From assembly GCA_963821525.1 (NCBI GenBank), contig CAWGED010000005.1, forward strand, positions 576,001-640,000: 64,000 bases of DNA, given 5' to 3'. The notes under the pieces are model-generated. The model did not search any database, was not told the DNA's origin, and saw only the letters and a list, made by a program, of their open reading frames with translations. Made by a program: the position numbers and the translations under genes. Positions 61,729-64,000 of the stretch are shown piece after piece; position 1 is the stretch's first letter; each line of letters opens with the position of its first letter. This DNA comes from an uncultured Gemmatimonadales bacterium. Its GTDB lineage: Bacteria; Gemmatimonadota; Gemmatimonadetes; Gemmatimonadales; GWC2-71-9.

Positions 61729-62631
61729 GTGGGCGGTTTCATCCAGCGCACCCTTCAGATCGCCGACGAAAACCACATTCCCTTCCTCGCGAGCGCGCTC
61801 ACATTTGACGCGCTGCTCGCCGCGATCCCGTTCATCCTGCTGTTGCTGGTCGGACTGACCCATGCGGCACGGCTCAGTTCCGCGGCCCCCCCCGGCGAGC
61901 TGAACTCGATCCTCGAGCACTTTCTACCGGGGCATGACACCACACCCGGCCACGATCCCTTCGCGGTGATCGAGGCCTTGCTGGTCCGGGTGACCCAGCA
62001 CCGCGGGACCATCTCGTTGTACTCGATCCCGCTCTTCATCTGGTTCAGCACCCGGCTCTTCAGCGCGATCCGCACCGCACTGAACGAGATCTTCGACGTG
62101 TCGGTCCACGCGCCCCGGCGGCACTTCGTCCTGGCCTACATTTTCGGCAAGCTGCGCGACGCGGGCATGGTGCTGACTGTACTGGTCCTCCTGCTGAGCA
62201 ACACGCTGCTAACCGCGGGCCTTGGAGTACTCCAGGCCAGAGGCAGTCGTGCTGTCGAGGCGATGCCATATATCGGGTTCTTCGTGACCAGCCTGGGCCA
62301 GGCGCTCACCCAGTTCCTGACCTTCCTGTTGGCGGTGAGCCTGTTCTATGTGGTCTACAAGTACGCCAGCATCCGGCGGCTGCCCTGGCGGGCCGCGTTG
62401 CTCGCCTCGGGGATCACCGCGGTACTTTTCGAGGTGGCCAAGCGCCTCTTCGGCTGGTACCTCCGCTTCGCCCTGGTCAACTCGGTTTCGGTAGACGCGA
62501 ACGTCGGCGCCCTGATTCTTTTCGTCGTCTGGCTCTACTACACCGCTCTCGTCTTCCTCCTCGGCGGCGTCATCGCTGAAACCTGGGACCTGCGAGTCCG
62601 TCAGCGTCGGCAGGAAGCGGTTCTTGCGTAA
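61729..62631 (+). CDS. YihY/BrkB family membrane protein
   Basis: ALNEIF, FEVAKRLFGWY, WLYY..LLGG. Confidence 0.87.
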   Translation: MGGFIQRTLQIADENHIPFLASALTFDALLAAIPFILLLLVGLTHAARLSSAAPPGELNSILEHFLPGHDTTPGHDPFAVIEALLVRVTQHRGTISLYSIPLFIWFSTRLFSAIRTALNEIFDVSVHAPRRHFVLAYIFGKLRDAGMVLTVLVLLLSNTLLTAGLGVLQARGSRAVEAMPYIGFFVTSLGQALTQFLTFLLAVSLFYVVYKYASIRRLPWRAALLASGITAVLFEVAKRLFGWYLRFALVNSVSVDANVGALILFVVWLYYTALVFLLGGVIAETWDLRVRQRRQEAVLA

Positions 62632-62638
62632 TGTTTGA

Positions 62639-62766
62639 GAGGGAGTAGGGAGTAGGTGGTCGGGAGTAGGGGATGCGGCCATAAGCTATAGCCGCCGATC
62701 CCGACTCCTAGTCACCCTCCCGGACGATCTTACACCCCACTCCCTACACCCTACTCCCTACAACCT
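62639..62766. repeat. Inverted heptamer arms (GGGAGTA)n ... (TCCCTAC)n
   Basis: Same unit as 487-668. Confidence 0.8.
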
Positions 62767-62770
62767 ATTC

Positions 62771-64000
62771 ATGCGTCTACTCCTGCTCCTCCTGTTGTTG
62801 CCCGCTACTGCCCGCGCCCAGGACTTCGACTTCTACGCCCGCGGCCCCTACCGGAGCCAGGTCCCTCGTCCCGATACGCTCCTGGGATATCGCGTCGGCT
62901 CTCAGCAGACGATGTACTACCAGCAGCAGCAGGTGTTCGACCGCATGATCGCGGCGGCATCCGATCGGGTCCGGACCGAGGTGATCGGACGCTCGGTGGA
63001 AGGGAAGGTGATGCGGCTCCTGATCATTTCGTCGCCGGAGAACATCGCGCGGCTGGATCAGATCCGGGCCGATCTGGCGAAACTGGCCGATCCGCGGAAG
63101 ACGACGGCGGAGGAGGCGGCGGCGATCGCCCAGCGCACGCCGGTCACCGTGTTGCTGACACACTCGGTACATGGCAACGAACCAGCCGGGTTCGAGGCCT
63201 CGATGCAGACGGCCTACCAGCTCCTGGCTTCAGATGAGCCGGCGACCCAGGCCATTCTCAAGAACTGTGTGGTGCTGATCAACCCGTCGCAGAATCCCGA
63301 TGGCCACGAGCGCTTCGCGGCGTGGTACAACTCGGTAGCGGTGGGAACCGACGAGCCCGCGGCGCTCGAGCAGACCGAGCCCTGGGCCATCTGGGGTCGC
63401 TACAATCACTACCGGTTCGACATGAACCGGGATCAGTTGGCGCAGTCGCAACCGGAGAGCCAGGCCCTGGGAAGTGTCTACGTCCGCTGGCGGCCCCAGG
63501 TGATCGCCGATCTGCACAGCACCACGTCGCAGTACTTCTTCCCGCCGGTGGCCGAGGCGCACAACAAGAATCTCCCCTCGACCACGTATCAATGGTTCGA
63601 GCGTTTCGGCCGGAACAATGGCCGCGCCTTCGACGGCTACGGGTGGCAGTATTACGTGCGGGACATCTTCGACTTCTTCTATCCCGGCTACATCGACATG
63701 TGGCCCACGATGCGCGGCGGACTCGGCATGACGTTCGAGACCGACGGGGGGCCGGAGCTCAAGAAGCGGAAGGACGATGGGACCTGGACCACGTTCGAAA
63801 TGGCGATTGCGCACCACTACATCGCCTCGTTGACGACTCTCGCCACCGCCGCCGACAGCAGGGCCGAGCTGCTCCAGGACTTCTACCAGTTCCACTCGAC
63901 CGGCATGAACGAGGTGAAGAACCGGCCGATGAAGCGGGTCGTGTTCCTCGCCTCACCCGATCCCGCGCGGGCGCGCTGGCTGGCCCGCCGCCTCGCGCGG
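62771..64000 (+). CDS. M14 family zinc carboxypeptidase, exported; runs off the window (absent from ORF track)
   Basis: Manual translation MRLLLLLLLLPATARAQ...; HGNE, NPDG, DMNRD, DLH motifs. Confidence 0.9.
   Translation, partial: MRLLLLLLLLPATARAQDFDFYARGPYRSQVPRPDTLLGYRVGSQQTMYYQQQQVFDRMIAAASDRVRTEVIGRSVEGKVMRLLIISSPENIARLDQIRADLAKLADPRKTTAEEAAAIAQRTPVTVLLTHSVHGNEPAGFEASMQTAYQLLASDEPATQAILKNCVVLINPSQNPDGHERFAAWYNSVAVGTDEPAALEQTEPWAIWGRYNHYRFDMNRDQLAQSQPESQALGSVYVRWRPQVIADLHSTTSQYFFPPVAEAHNKNLPSTTYQWFERFGRNNGRAFDGYGWQYYVRDIFDFFYPGYIDMWPTMRGGLGMTFETDGGPELKKRKDDGTWTTFEMAIAHHYIASLTTLATAADSRAELLQDFYQFHSTGMNEVKNRPMKRVVFLASPDPARARWLARRLAR

Overview
High-GC bacterial chromosomal window. The gene repertoire and an ADOP-type permease suggest Gemmatimonadota or a similar soil lineage (inference only). 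It has about 50 mostly housekeeping CDSs: class II ribonucleotide reductase, malic enzyme, cysteine synthase family, dicarboxylate symporter, a Wzm/Wzt glycosyltransferase locus, a poly-HAMP hybrid kinase, ispG, pyk and pgi. Many genes carry single-base frameshifts that look like uncorrected long-read errors. Main signals beyond the ORF track: (1) three tandem paralogous 51-62 aa ORFs (10491-11127, minus) with a conserved LSLxKxTLxDLxV...GPxGG leader and variable cores, resembling orphan double-glycine RiPP precursors, two of them absent from the ORF track; (2) about 19 intergenic 7-8 nt tandem arrays, most paired as inverted arms with locus-specific units, some sharing a loop and one nested; (3) an AT-rich cluster of DnaA boxes at 55077-55364, a candidate oriC with no dnaA in the window; (4) an IS110 remnant joined at a CT core to a REP-like repeat; (5) two copies of a ~176-bp palindromic element; (6) a rearranged duplication around the amidase gene. 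No rRNA, tRNA or convincing CRISPR array was seen.
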